64,000 bases of DNA, from positions 17,732,001 through 17,796,000 of the forward strand of contig CM120642.1 in NCBI GenBank assembly GCA_051362555.1, read 5' to 3'. Shown in pieces: positions 1 through 12,697 of this stretch (positions are counted from its first letter, which is position 1; each line of letters opens with the position of its first letter). The stretch comes from Lingula anatina. Taxonomy: Eukaryota; Animalia; Brachiopoda. A program made the position numbers and the translations under genes. The notes beneath the pieces are model-generated. The model did not search any database. It was not told the origin of the DNA and was given only the letters and a program-made list of their open reading frames with translations.

Positions 1-292
1 TGATTTCATCAATTTTTATTTCCAGGTCCTGTAACTTCGCATTCATTTCTTTGACTGTTTCGCTCACAACTGTTTTGATAATTTCACTAAGGTCCTCCTT
101 CTTAACGGTTTGCTTTATTTCATATTCAATCTCCTCCAGTTTCGTCATGAGGGATACCGATTCATCACCGCTGACAAAAGAGAGTTCACCGCTGGTGTTT
201 GAGATTTCACAATGTGGCCTTTTGGGTGCCTGCATAATTTCAGGGGAGTCATTGCGTTCTATTATTTCTTCCTTGCTATTTTCATTGGACAT
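1..292 (-). CDS. Partial ORF running off the window edge, coiled-coil-like; possible ORF1p of an L1-like LINE
   Basis: ATG at 292 opens 97 stop-free codons (MSNENSKEEIIERNDSPEIMQAPKRPH...VKEMNAKLQDLEIKIDEI) with heptad-like E/K/L/I composition. It is absent from the ORF track, probably because its stop lies outside the window. The ORF1 call is inference. Confidence 0.5.
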   Translation of the reverse strand, partial: MSNENSKEEIIERNDSPEIMQAPKRPHCEISNTSGELSFVSGDESVSLMTKLEEIEYEIKQTVKKEDLSEIIKTVVSETVKEMNAKLQDLEIKIDEI

Positions 293-960
293 TTTTGCCC
301 CCTTTGTTTGCTTAGACTCTTAAGTATTTGCACTGAAATATTTTGACTTTGTCCCCCGAGTACTCATAGTCACTGTTCTCTACTATATACGGGGATGAAA
401 AGGATAGGAGAGGTGCTTATTGCCCTTATTATTGGCCTAATTTGACCATGCATGGATTCGCAGTCTAAATATGGGGTGTGTTCATTGATACATGTAGCTC
501 TTTATATGTCAGTGCATAGTTCAGTACGTTGACAATTGTTCAGGTCCACGTAAGCATATATACTTCTACGTGTATATGCTATAGGCCTAAATGTATTTTT
601 CAAAGGATATGAAATTTTTCAGAGTTTTAGCAATTTTAAGCACGCGGTGTATCTGTTGCATTCACTGTCCGGAATGTTCGATGCAATCCTTTTGTAACTG
701 AATATTTTATAAGTTCTTAGTAACACTCACCTCCCTCGTATCGTGGCGTCCCGATCAACGGGTAAAGAAAAAACTTTCAAAAGGACCCACGCAGAAAACT
801 TTGATTCATAAACTCTTTCTCAGCTTCTTCTTCCACAGTTCATAGTGCATTTATAAAAAAATCGGTGGCAAAGTATACAGACTTTCTGCCTGTTGCCGAT
901 GGTTTTTCTCAGAGCTCACGCACAGTCCTCATCACACACCGCTATCTTGTTCTCTCTCTC
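1..960 (-). mobile_element. Putative 5' end (UTR + ORF1 start) of an L1-like non-LTR retrotransposon
   Basis: The minus strand near 950 reads GAGAGAACAAGATAGCGG, resembling the CAAGATGGCG (YY1-like) 5' motif of L1 elements. It adjoins the T-run at 962-984 and precedes the coiled-coil ORF. Confidence 0.35.
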
Positions 961-1851
961 CTTTTTTTTTTTTTTTTTTTTTTTGTGAAATTTGATGTTA
1001 ATAAAATGATACCAAGAGAATATCATTACACTGTCATTTATCTCCCTCATAGTATTGGTTCAGTAGGGGTGACACTTCTATTGTCCAGAATGTGTATTAT
1101 AGCGAGACGAATAGTATAGAAATGTTTCCAATATATCACTTACATGGGTGGTAAATATTTTATGGGTGGATGGGAACCCATTGATCAACTGGTATACTCT
1201 ACCAAATGATGCTCAGCAACTAATTACTGCAATGCATATCTGGAAACAGGCAAAACACTTGGTCAAATCTTGGTAAACGTTAAAAAACTCCCTAAGCTCT
1301 GTAAGAATTTATCAAACACTTAGCGTTCCATATTTTTAATTAGCTATTTTAGTATTACTATATCACTTTTCAACTCAGTGTTCATGTAGACACCTAAATG
1401 CTTTAACTTATCAACCCATCGTACCAAAATTTCATTAATGAAATTTGGTGACTTGATTTTTTTTCTAAAGTCTGCTAGTAACTGCTTCTGTTCTACATGT
1501 AGCATTCTTTAACATCATACCAAGACAAATGACTGTTGAACTTTACTTCTTAATCAGATTAATTAACATGCCTACTTTACCTCTTTTAATAATTTATACA
1601 GTGTGTTATCTTTTAAACCCCTTCAAGTTCCCCACTCTAACGGTCTATGAGGAAAACGAAGAAAATCGGAAAACAATGGTGTCTATGGACGCTCGTGATA
1701 TCTCGATATCACGATCCCTAAATTTCATCACAAATGACTACAGTGCCACGTCTATCCTGACCGACTGAAAAACAACCATATATTAGATATTTGAGTTTAT
1801 TTGTTTCATATCATGTCAGCAGTCTGGCGCTATCACACTTGTAAACAGTTA

Positions 1852-2397
1852 AGCCAAGGTCCCAACTACGTTTTGGACGCACGGTTTTTAGGCTCCTTGC
1901 GTCCAGCCAGGACGTAGCTAGATCGCACGTAGCAGCTGTTGATCATGTCAAAAAGTGTCTACGTGCTGCTGCGTCCTCCAAAAGTAGCACGATGGACGTG
2001 CTCCCACGTTTTCGCCATTTTTATGTCTCCTCCATCTCAGTGTACTACAAACTTTTATAGTCTCATTCATAACAAGAAAGAAGGCAACAAGGAATATTGA
2101 TTGTTCGTGATTTGGCCAAACAAGGCCGGTTTTGTTATATAACCCCTCTATCGTTTTAACAATAATAACAATGTAGCAAATTGTTGCCTGTATTAAATAT
2201 TATGGCCTTAGGGAAAAATTATATATCAAATATTCAATCAGACTCATCATCCTAAAAATTGTGATGTGACGAGTCAGCAAAAGTTATTATTTACCAACAA
2301 TTTTGCACAAATTTCATTTGTGGGGTTGCAAAGAGGCTCCACCTTTTTGGCCGTAGACCACACGTAGTAACCCGTACGTTCGTTTGGGACCGAGGCT
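1852..2397. mobile_element. PIF/Harbinger-type non-autonomous element (MITE)
   Basis: TIRs AGCCAAGGTCCCAA / TTGGGACCGAGGCT with TTA on both sides. The paralogous empty site near 26055 (gaatag-TTA-tagacccgttgctg) has a single TTA, confirming the TSD. Confidence 0.85.
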
Positions 2398-2908
2398 TTA
2401 TAGACCGGTTGCTGCTGCTGCACATGCGCGGGCGTATTCTGTCGCTTGTTATATACGTGCATTTGTTACCTGTTGCTTGCACATTACATGACAGTGAATT
2501 AAACTGGCAAATAAAAAGAGAAATATTTCTGCAAGTGGAAACTGACAAGGACTGTCTAAATACCGGTGTAATATTGTTCTTAAAATCTGTGCTTGGTTAT
2601 TTCAGGCAATAAAAGTATTATTACCAAATACTTTTTACATTAGATCATTATAAAATAGTTGTCTTAAATCCTGGGAGTAGTACAGTTGTGATAAACCCTC
2701 AACAGCATTTTATAATAAGTATCCTTGTACAGAGCACAATGGAGTCATAGACGACCCCATTTGGTCATTTCAGTCAGTAAAATAGTTTGGTCTCTTGAGG
2801 GTTAAACATAAAAGAAAAGGATAAATGCTTCGTGTGGATTTTGCAAAAAAGGATTTTTTGTTATATATCTGTCAAACAAATCTTGACGAATGTTGTTTTA
2901 TTTCTGTC

Positions 2909-3793
2909 TTATCTGTGTCTGCAAAGAACTTCTCCATACGTAGTCATTCCATGGTTTTCTTTGGTAACTTTATCCCATGAGATGACGTTTCCTCTCAGAT
3001 TTTCGTCACAATTTGCTATTGCTGTGACATTAACATTGTTGGTGTTCCAGACATTGACGCTTGTGACGTCACCAACATATGCTTGATTAACATCAAATCC
3101 GCCGCCTACACTGTCTTGGTCTTGACCAACAATCCATACTCCTTCTTAAAATAAAATTAGTTTTTCAACCTAACTTTACTTATTCGTGTATAAAGCTTAT
3201 AAATAAACATGGTGCTTGTGCACAATGTATGTCACAACAAATTTGGCAACGATCCAAATTTTCATCGAATGTACTACTAATTTATTATAGTGTCAAATCT
3301 ACCAACGTTACCTCCGAAACTAATAATAATGATAATGAAGTATCCTTCTGCTAGTTGTCAAGATTGATGTTGACTTTGTGAGAAATATTTAGTAATGTCT
3401 TACTTGGTGGTATGCTCTAAGACATCTGGTAACTAGTGCCCTCCGCTGCTGGCATGCCATCTCTGAATACTCTCCACGCTCCAACGCCATTGTTCCAAGC
3501 GAAACACCAATGGTGCCAGGCTCCATCATTAATTTCAGAACTCGGAATTGATGTGTTGAGATGCTGACTAGATATATGGAAAAAGATGTTTCCATTCCCA
3601 ATGAACCCAGTGAGGAAAGCATTGGTGTTGCCACTCACGGCGTAAGACAGGAGATGTATATAGTTCCATGCAGCAAAGGTGGTCTTGGCCCACAGACAGG
3701 CTGTAATGGCAGTCATCTCAGGCGTGGTGGTAATCAACTTCACGTATCTCTCGGTGGACTGCGGATACGGCCAACGGAAGACCGTGGTTTTAT
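2909..3793 (-). pseudogene. Pentraxin module copy A (exons 3793-3404 and 3144-2909) with premature stop and no adjacent leader exon
   Basis: WHHWCFAW signature, GQDQDSVGGGFDVNQAYVGD and GNVISW motifs, and canonical GT-AG sites. TAG at 3417-3419 corresponds to TGG (Trp) in copies B and C. Confidence 0.85.
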
Positions 3794-3884
3794 CTGAAAG
3801 TAATCACGGTAGGTTTTAATTTTCAATTGAAATTTAACTGGTAGGTTTCCCTTTCACGCCATTAGACACTAACCTTTTGACCTT

Positions 3885-4017
3885 ACGTGTCCGGGTTGCC
3901 ATGCTCGATAAGATTGTGATTGCGATCTGACAAACACCTTGAAAACGGGTAGTGTGGTACGATATACCGGTTACTTCAGGATCCTTAGGTGCCGAGTCTG
4001 GTAGTTGGGTAGGCCTG
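3885..4017. mobile_element. Truncated copy (one arm) of the MITE at 35542-35858
   Basis: gcgatctgacaaacaccttgaaaacgggtagtgtgg...ggtagttgggtaggcctg matches the right TIR of that element. Confidence 0.75.
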
Positions 4018-5611
4018 CATATGGACACGTTGAAAAGTTGTAAAGCCGGATAAAGGTCCAAAAGCTCATTGTCACGCTTAAGATATATCCCCAAATTCGT
4101 TATGCAACTTTTCTGCACCAGAGCAAAACAGTTGGTGTAACGGCAAAAAACATGACACCTGAACACATACTCTACAGTTTCAATTGAAGCAAAAGTTTGT
4201 CCATCTTTTACCAGGCTTGAAGAAGAACTTCATGAATAACAGTGTCCGCCTTGCCAGCCCGTGCGCTTTTTAGTCCAAATCTATAGGAACAATACTTGAG
4301 TGTATTTTATAGAGAATTAAAGCAAAGTTTTGATAAAAGGTTTAACTTTTAAGTTTGAAAAGACCCCTATTAAACTTTTGGTTTGAATGTGGTGTAAGGG
4401 GTGTAAGTTCATGAGGTCATGTGGTACACGTTTCCCCTTTCGTTCGTTTCACTAGCCGCATATGGAAAGATTTTCTCCCTTTGTGCCATTTCCTAAGCAA
4501 CAACAAATCTGGAGGATGAAGGCAAACGGTGGGTTCGATTATGTGTGAGACTTACAGTGTATAGCGAGACTTGCAGTATAGAATTATTTCCAATATACCA
4601 CTTACATAGGTGGTAAATATTTTATATCAGAAAACTGGCAAAACGCTTGGTCAAAGCTTGGTTAACGTTAAAAAGCTCCTTATCGTAGCTCTGTAAGAGT
4701 TTATCAAACATTTAGCGTTCTACTAATACCCTTATTTTAATTGGTTACTTTAGTACTACTGTATCACATTTCAACTCAATGTTCATGTACAGGGTAGCTT
4801 AAAATTATCTACGCATTCATTAATGAAATTTGGTGACTTGATTTATTTTTCTAAAGTCCGCTAGTAACTGCTTCTGTTTCACATGTAGCATTCTTTAACA
4901 TCAAACCAAAACAAATGATTCCTAAACTTTACATCTTAATCAGATTAATGAACAAGCCTACTTGACGTCTTTAAATACTTTATACAGCGTATTATAAGTA
5001 ATAACGGACTACAAACAAAGGCATTCCGTGAAGTTTCCAAAATTGCTGGTGAATTTTTAATGTCCCCGACAACTTGTTGATACATCTACCCCCTCCCCCC
5101 CTCCCCCCCCCCCCCCCCACACCTTCAAGTCCCTCACACTTTAACGGTCTATAAGAATAACGCAGAAATTATAAACTCATGGATGTACGGTCGAGATTTT
5201 ATTTGTCTCATATCATGACAGCAGTCTGGAGCTATCAGACATTTGAACAGTTAAAGACAATTTACTGCTGTATATGCGTGGACGTCTAGTCTGTCGCTTG
5301 TGAAATACGCACATTTGTTAATTGTTGTTTGCACATTGCATGCCTGACAGTGCATTTAACAGTGTAGTCCAAATGATATTTTTATCCACTGCATGCTGTT
5401 GTGTTGCACTGTTATAACGGGTAGTGTAAGCCAGTGTCTAATGCCTTTTATAATCGAAACTTATTTGTTAAACAAACGAGGACAATGTCTGTATTATGTC
5501 TTTCTTCAGTAGAAACCAGTCCTCAAACATAAAACAAACGGATTAAGAAAAAAGGATGCTTTGTTATATTTCTGCCAAACAAATCTTGACGAATAATGTC
5601 TTCTTTCTATC

Positions 5612-8600
5612 TTATCTGTATCTGCAAAGAACTTCTTTGTACGTAGACATTTCGTGACTTTCTTTGGTAACAGTATCCCATGAGATAACGTTTCCTCTAA
5701 ATTTTTTGTCACAATTTGCTATTGCTGTGACGTTAACGTTGTTGGTGTTCCAGACATTGATGCTTGTGATGTCACCAAAAAATGCTTGATTAACATCAAA
5801 TCCGCCGCCCACACTATCTTGGTCCTGTCCAACAATCCATACTCCATCTTAAAATAAAATTAGCTTTTTCAACCTACTTTTACTTCACTTCACCTTACTT
5901 GATTCTTTTTTTTACACATTCGCGTATAAAGCTTATAAATAAAACATGGTGCTTCTTATGCGCGCTTATACATTGCGCGCATAAGAAGCACCATGTTTTA
6001 TTTATAAGCTTTATACGCGATCCAAATTTCCAACGAATGTACTACTAATTCATAGTAGTGTCAAAGCTACCAACGTTACCTCCGAACTATAATGAAAAAA
6101 ATATCCTTCTGCTAGTTGTCACAATTATGATTATGTGGGAAATGATTAGTAATTTCTTACTTGGTGGTATGCTCCAAGACGTTTGGAAACCAGTGCCCCC
6201 GTCTTTTTGCATGCCGTCTCTGAATACTGTCCACCTTCCACCGGCACTCTTCCAAGCGAAACACCAGTGGTGCCAGGATCCATCATTAAGTTCAGAACTC
6301 GGAATCGATGTTATGAGCCGCTTACTTGATATATAGAAAACTATGTTTCCATTTCCATGGAAACCAATGAGGAAAGCATTGGTGTTGCCACTCACTCCGT
6401 ACGACAGGATCGCGGACTCAATGGCAGCTAAGGTGGTCCTGGCCCACAGACAGGCTGTAATGGCAGTCATCTGAGGTGTGGTGGTAATCATCTTCACGTA
6501 GCGCTTTGTGGACTGCGGAGATGGCCAATGGAAGATCATAGTTTTATCTGAAAGTAAGCGAGGTACGTGTGTCTAATACATTGTGGACCATAATGTGTCT
6601 GGGGTCGTTTTCCAGAAAAGTGTTTTGGTTTTGTTTTGTTTTGTTTTGTTTCTGGATTTTTGAGCAGCTTTACTAGCCGCTGTAACAAAAGTGAAACAGA
6701 AAATCCACCCTCCTTTTAGTTATAATCCACTTGTCAACAAGTCAACTACCGTGTAGGAATCATGCCTTTTGCTAATGATATTTTGACAAGTATGACTGCT
6801 ATGCTTTAAAATACTGAACGAGACCAAGTTTCAGTATTTCAGAGTAAAAGTGAGAAAAAAAGACCAAATTCAAAAGTAACCCAAACGCCAACAAGAACGC
6901 TTCAGAAGAGCACCGACTTAACACACATTTATATTAAAAACACTTTCTGCCAAGCATCAGTAAATTGTATCCTGTCAGCAAAAAATTGGATGCAAAATTT
7001 CCCTATGACCACTATTTGCATGAATAACCGCGAATCGCCTTCATCGCATGTTCTGAATAAAGCGGGATAGCTGTTGTTGGGTAATCTGGACCTACTCTTC
7101 CGCCAAAGCATCCTCCAGATACAAGGTAGTTATTCGAGCGTTCTGCTGAGCTCGAAATCGGTTCTGGAGCAAATCTCAAACATGATCAATCGGATTGACG
7201 TCTGGTGACCTTCCAGGCCAGTCCACACGAGTAATCCCTTCCTGCTCCAACTAAGCATTCACAATGTTGGGTCGATGGGGATGGACGCCTCTGTGAACAG
7301 CACAGATGATCTGTGAACAGCATAGATGACCACTGCTGGGTCGTCCACCGCCTGTGATGTCTTTCAAACTGTAGTCTGTGTTGCCACGTCAGAGGAGTGA
7401 AAACATACGTGTATGGTCTTATGGCCCTCAACTGAACCTCATGCAGACGTCTCCTGGCTGTCTGAATTGACACCCGTATCCCTGTTGCATTCTGTAACTT
7501 ATTCTGGAGCACATTTGCTGGACCACAGCGATGCCGGCGTGTTTGGAGGGTCAAGTAGTGGTCTTGCTGAGGTGTTGTCAGTCTTGGGCTGGTCCACCTG
7601 CCCATGTGTCCGGTACGTTATCCAGGCTCTGTGCCGAGGACAGTAGCTACATGCCTCTGCGTCTGGCTACCCTGGAGTAACCCAATTCCCCGATTCAGTC
7701 CTGATGGTGGTAAGCGATTTCTCTGTCTTCTTGAAGGCATTAAAACATTGACAATTAAAAACACATCAGAGGAGCCCCATAAACAACACTCAACTGACCA
7801 AGCATGTTTGTGTACTGGAAACACAGCTTTTTGAATGTGAGCTGAGGAACCAGCTTGGGTGTTTTTACTCGTTGTTAAGGTCCACTGAAGGCAAGTGATA
7901 AACTTACTCAATGTGTATAAAATCTGAATGATTGGACTTAATGACCACACTTGAGAGTTGGAACTGAACATTGTTATTTTCCATTTCCCTCTCTAAAATA
8001 TTAGAAGAACGTGGGTAGGGAAGAACATGGACCCCTATATCGTTTTCATTCCACCTTAACAGCAACAACAACAGAAATGACTAATACATATGGTTGTGCA
8101 ACTTATTGTCGGAGACCCAAAAAATATACATAGGTAAAAATATCATTCCATAAAAATATGATTCCTAGCAAATGTTGACTAATGTTAGGGTTATCCTGAC
8201 CTCATTGTGTCAAAATTTAGGGCGAGGCTTACCTGTGGAAATAAAGGGAGGCTGCCTCTTTATCATGGGGGTCTAAACTAAATGTGTTTTAGGAACAATT
8301 TATCTACAATGAAACTATCCTTTCATCATGCAATAAAAGTAGAATGCTTTGCAAAGGCAAAGACACCGTGGGCTAATTAAAAGATTTGTGATTATGTAGA
8401 AATAAAAAAACGTGTAGAAAAGGGCGACTTTTTCCAGTGGCATTGAGTCTCAACTTCCCGATAATAAGTCAGATCAAGCGCCACGATAGAAAAGTAACTA
8501 CAATTCTACATTTCTAAAGTTGTTTTATACACTTCCGTGCAAGAGACTAGATTTTAATGAAACATAAGTTGTCCATTTACCATTTTCTACCTTAAATATT

Positions 8601-11600
8601 AAAAACGTGCTAACAAAAGTTGCCATTAATGTGAGTCGAAATTTCGTGGCTTTATAATGTTCGATTTCACAAAGCCCGCTAAAAATCTGGCCCGTTTGTC
8701 AAAACGACAACGTAAAAACCAAAACTGCATAACCCACTGCACGCTCGATACACTTCAGTTTAATAAATAAAAACAAACACTTACATGGTTTTGCTGCAGA
8801 AACAACCGGAAAATGTGTGTAAATATTGTGAACTGACACCAAACTCGCGTCTCACAGCACGCATGTCATGTCTCAGTTATTTACCATCATATCTTACAAA
8901 CTAATCCCACAAAAATACTGCAGAAGTAATAAGCTTGTTATACGGTGCGTTAATTTGCTAGATAAAATGTGTCACACTTACAATTTTTATAAAAACTTGA
9001 AAATTTGTCAAAATCTTATTACTGTGTTTCAAGATGGCAACTTCATGAGTTATATATATATATTCAGCTTTTCTGTGATTGGCTTTTGCTCATCTCTCTT
9101 AAATCACGTGGCCTTAAACATGTGGTTTTTTTATTGTCAGCTTCCCTTTAATGAGGATAAATGGCCTTGCTGGAAATCGTCACGCCCCCGCCCTTATCGA
9201 GTCTATTCAAGTTATACTCCCATGTCTAAGTAATAGAAAAAAGCACAATACCACTACTTTCTTTCTCAATAAAAACAAATTTGTTCCTTGTTGTTTATCC
9301 AATTCTGTCACTTTTTGTTAAGAGTGGCCATCTTGCTCTACTACTCAAACATGCATTTCCTCTACGGGTCTCTTAGTTCAATGGCACCTGCTGACAAGCG
9401 TGAAGAAATACTCGATATTCTGTTCCATTTTCTTTATTTAGCAAATACGACTGAGCGAGCGTGCAACCATAATATGAACAGTCTGAAAACGGGTTGAACC
9501 GGTAGCGAGGAGCTTGTGAATTTTTGATTGGACAGACTGTTACATTTCGCACGGCAATTTATCAAACCTGAATCTAATATCCCAGGGGAATAATTATCGA
9601 AACTTAACGGTTTTGAAATAGGGGCGTCTTGCTGAAACAGTAATATTCTTCGGGCACTTAATGATCAGAAACAAGTGGTCTTATCACTACCTGGTTTGTC
9701 TGCAGCCTTTGATACAATAAACCACGAAAATTTGTTGAAAAGTCGTTTCGGTATAGATGGTATTGTATTGACATGATTCAAATCATACCTGACTGAACGT
9801 AAACAATCAGTCTCCATAGACACTTACAAATCACCGTCAACACCACTAACTTGTGGCGTACCACAAGGCTTTGTAATCGGTCTATCCACGTTCACTCTTT
9901 ACACGTCACCAATTGAGGACATTGTCTCTAAGTACGGTTTCAAACTAATGCTCTATGCAGATGACTCAAAAATTAATATTGTTTGCGACAGACCATCAGA
10001 TGTGATACCATTTATTCAGTAATGCATTAGTCAGTTCAGTCAATGGCTTAATGACAATTCGCTTGTTTTTAATGATGGCAAAACAGACGTGGTTCACTTT
10101 ATCTCTGGTTTTGCTAAAGATGCAGAAAATTAGAACTGTTAGAAATCGGAAACAGCATGGTCACGGTAAAAGGTTAAACACATAGGAGTAATTGTTGATA
10201 ATAGATGCGATATGGCCGCCGACATCAGTAAAAAATGCAGAGCCGCTTTCTATGGTCTAAAATAATAATCAACACATCCCATATCCTTGACAACGGTCAA
10301 ATGGAGATATTGATCCATGTCTTCAAGTTCACACCTTGACTACGGAAACAGTCTACTGTATGGTCTTCCTACCTACCAATTTGAAAAACTGCAATCTGTC
10401 CAAATTGCTGCAGCACGACTTCTGACCCAAAACCCCTCAGATAAATTTTTTACCTGTTTCATTCGAACTACATTGGCTTCCCGTACGACAGAGAATTGTT
10501 TTTAAATTACTGCTGTTTGTTTTTAAATTCACCAGAGGTTAATGTCCTTCATATTTTTACTCTATCACATCCAAATTCAGCAAATCTCACCAGGTCCACC
10601 AGATCCACCTCCACTCTTCGCTTTACCAGGAATGATAACAACAAAAACGAGTAAAACCTACGGACACAGGGCTTTTTAATTGTAGCACCCATTTTATGAA
10701 ATGAACTACCCTCTCACATTCGGATTATTGTTGAAATTTTTCAAAGAAATTCCCGCAAACATACTTAATTGCACAGTACTTCAATCAAAATATAATACTT
10801 TAAATTTTATATTTTTTATTTTATCAGAAAATGTTCTATTGTTAAGACTAATACTTTTATAACCAGCATTAATCATTTTAATTGTTTTATTCACCTTAAC
10901 TTTTTAATATTTATATAACTACTTGTAATTCTGATAATTTTATTTGTAAACAGCACTGAGACAGTAGTGTAGTGCGGTTTTAAGAAATCAATGTTATTAT
11001 AATTATTATTAAACAGACGTTGTCGCAGTTACAGACTGTGTTTAAGTATACAATTGTGCAGAGTGTACGACAGATGCATACAAAATAGCAATATACCATT
11101 TTTGAAAGTAAAGTTTTTTCCAACACCTCATCAAAGTTATTGTCGCATTCGTGGTGGGTAATTGACACACACCCTTTCTCCATCTTAAGTTACATTGTTC
11201 ACATAGTCATACCTGAGGTCAGGGATGTTTGCTTAAGCCTCGGTCACAACCAGCCCTACGGGCTCTTACGGGCTGTTTGCGTCCAAATTTTGCGCAGAAT
11301 CTCACGTCCGACGCAAGTCCTTCTTACGCAATTTCGAGTTCGCAGACAGTCCGTAAGCACGTACGGAGGATGTTGGACATGTCCAAAAGATTCTACGAAT
11401 AGCCTGCGAATAGCGAGGCTGCAAGCATAACTTGCTCCCCTCGCCCGGAGTGAGCAAGAGAGACGTGCGTTGTGCAAGACGCACGTCGAAATCAATGAAG
11501 GAGCAAGTGCCCTTTGCGTGTTGAGTAAGGCGCATGCCCTTACAACTAACGAACAAAGTCGAGAGCACACTGGTAATGCGTCGCACGTGTGTCACCCCCA

Positions 11601-12697
11601 CGCCTGGTGTAGGCTCGTGTCTTTACAATGAACGTCGACTGTGTAACGTGTACAACAATTTTCAAAAATTTCAAATCATTGCTAAATTTAGTTCCTAATA
11701 TGCCTTTAAATGGCAAGAGCAAGAAGCTTACATAGTAGAAAAAAAGGGAGGAGGAGAAAGAAAGAAGAGGAGAACAGGAAGCACAACTGACATTCGCCGT
11801 CAGTACGTCACCACAAACATGTGAGGCAAGTGTGAAGCAAAACTGACGCAAAGGGCACTACCTTCGCTATGCGTTGCATTCCCTTTGTAAGTGGTGAGCG
11901 TGTGCCACGTACACAGGAAGCAAGACAAACTCAAGAAATGGGAACAATTTCCACGGCCATTGCTCCATGCAATTAGCCTCCCAGCTTGAAAGGACATCCC
12001 ATGTGGCCCTTGCGACTCGCAAGGCAGACTTTCCTCTACCTCTACGACCTCCACGGCCTCCGTAACACCCAAAAATTCGTGCATCCGTTTGTGACTGAGG
12101 CTTTAGCTGAGAATTCAGCTGCCATCTTGCTCGTGGATTTTTTTGCCAGTTTAATACCATCAGTCTTTTTGCTCCCCAATTTTTTTTTTCTATTTATCAT
12201 CCCATATTATATTTTATCCTAATTCATCATCGTTAAAAAGGAACTGAAAAGGCAACAATTTTGGTAAATAACAGTTTCTAAACCAGCTCTTGTACCTATA
12301 TTTTGAGCATTAACCTTCAATGATTCTTATAGCATTTCGAATTCATTAAAAAAGAAGTATAGTACTACATACCTGTTGAAGGAACGAGAAACTGACAGCC
12401 GGCGTCTGCCACTACCTCCGCCATGTCTTTATTTGCATTATTCGCAATTGCCTCGTATACGGAACATGTTTGCGCGCCCATGCAAAACTGAGCGGCGTAC
12501 CCACCCAGCGTCAGCATCCTTAACGAGCAGTCCTCGGCAGAGTTGGCCTTAAAGCACCCTAAGCTGTTGACGTGGAGAGGTAAAGATTGTTCTGGCATAG
12601 GCAGATAGTCTTGGACGACGTATCTTGCTGTCCGTATGGTCTGACTGGTCGCAACTCCAATCAGAAATCCCCAAATGATAACTAAAATGCAAGACAA
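5612..12697 (-). CDS. Secreted PAN/Apple-like + pentraxin protein, copy B; exons 12697-12373, 6547-6161, 5847-5612 (~315 aa; start codon uncertain)
   Basis: Exon 1 has a hydrophobic leader (SCILVIIWGFLIGVATS) and a Cys pattern resembling PAN/Apple. Its phase-1 donor (ACAG|gtatgt) fits the exon 2 acceptor (ctttcag|AT). Exons 2-3 carry WHHWCFAWKS and GQDQDSVGGGFDVNQ...GNVISW. There is no in-frame ATG before the leader. Confidence 0.8.
5920..6020. repeat. Perfect inverted repeat (46-bp arms, 9-nt loop) in pentraxin intron 2
   Basis: 5920-5965 is the exact reverse complement of 5975-6020. Confidence 0.95.
6960..7965 (-). mobile_element. Decayed Tc1/mariner transposon
   Basis: Fragmented transposase with an HTH region (PRLTTPQQDHYL...VSIQTARRRLHEVQL), WSSMLFTD, DWPGRSPDVNPIDH and a C-terminal AVIHANSGH. 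It contains stops and frameshifts; a CAGTT end lies at 7965. Confidence 0.9.
9600..11013 (+). mobile_element. 5'-truncated, decayed L2/CR1-group LINE
   Basis: LSAAFDTINH, GVPQG, YADD, SHLDYGNSLLYGLP...LQSVQ.AAARLL and LHWLPVRQRIVFK motifs, ending in a (TTA)n-like tail. Multiple stops and frameshifts. Confidence 0.9.
11236..12102. mobile_element. PIF/Harbinger-type non-autonomous element
   Basis: TIRs AGCCTCGGTCACAA / TTGTGACTGAGGCT, TTA TSD on both sides. The TIR is related to that of the 1852-2397 element. Confidence 0.85.

Noticed and set aside
51-323. Plus-strand 90-aa ORF
   Set aside because: Ser/Leu/Phe-rich antisense shadow of the minus-strand coiled-coil ORF.
2694-2805. piggyBac MITE (AACCCTCAA...TTGAGGGTTAA)
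   Set aside because: Only a 9-bp inverted match and the left TTAA is imperfect, so support is insufficient.
11140-12222. Overlapping ORFs as host genes
   Set aside because: They lie largely inside a Harbinger element bounded by TIRs and a TSD, and have no recognisable motifs.
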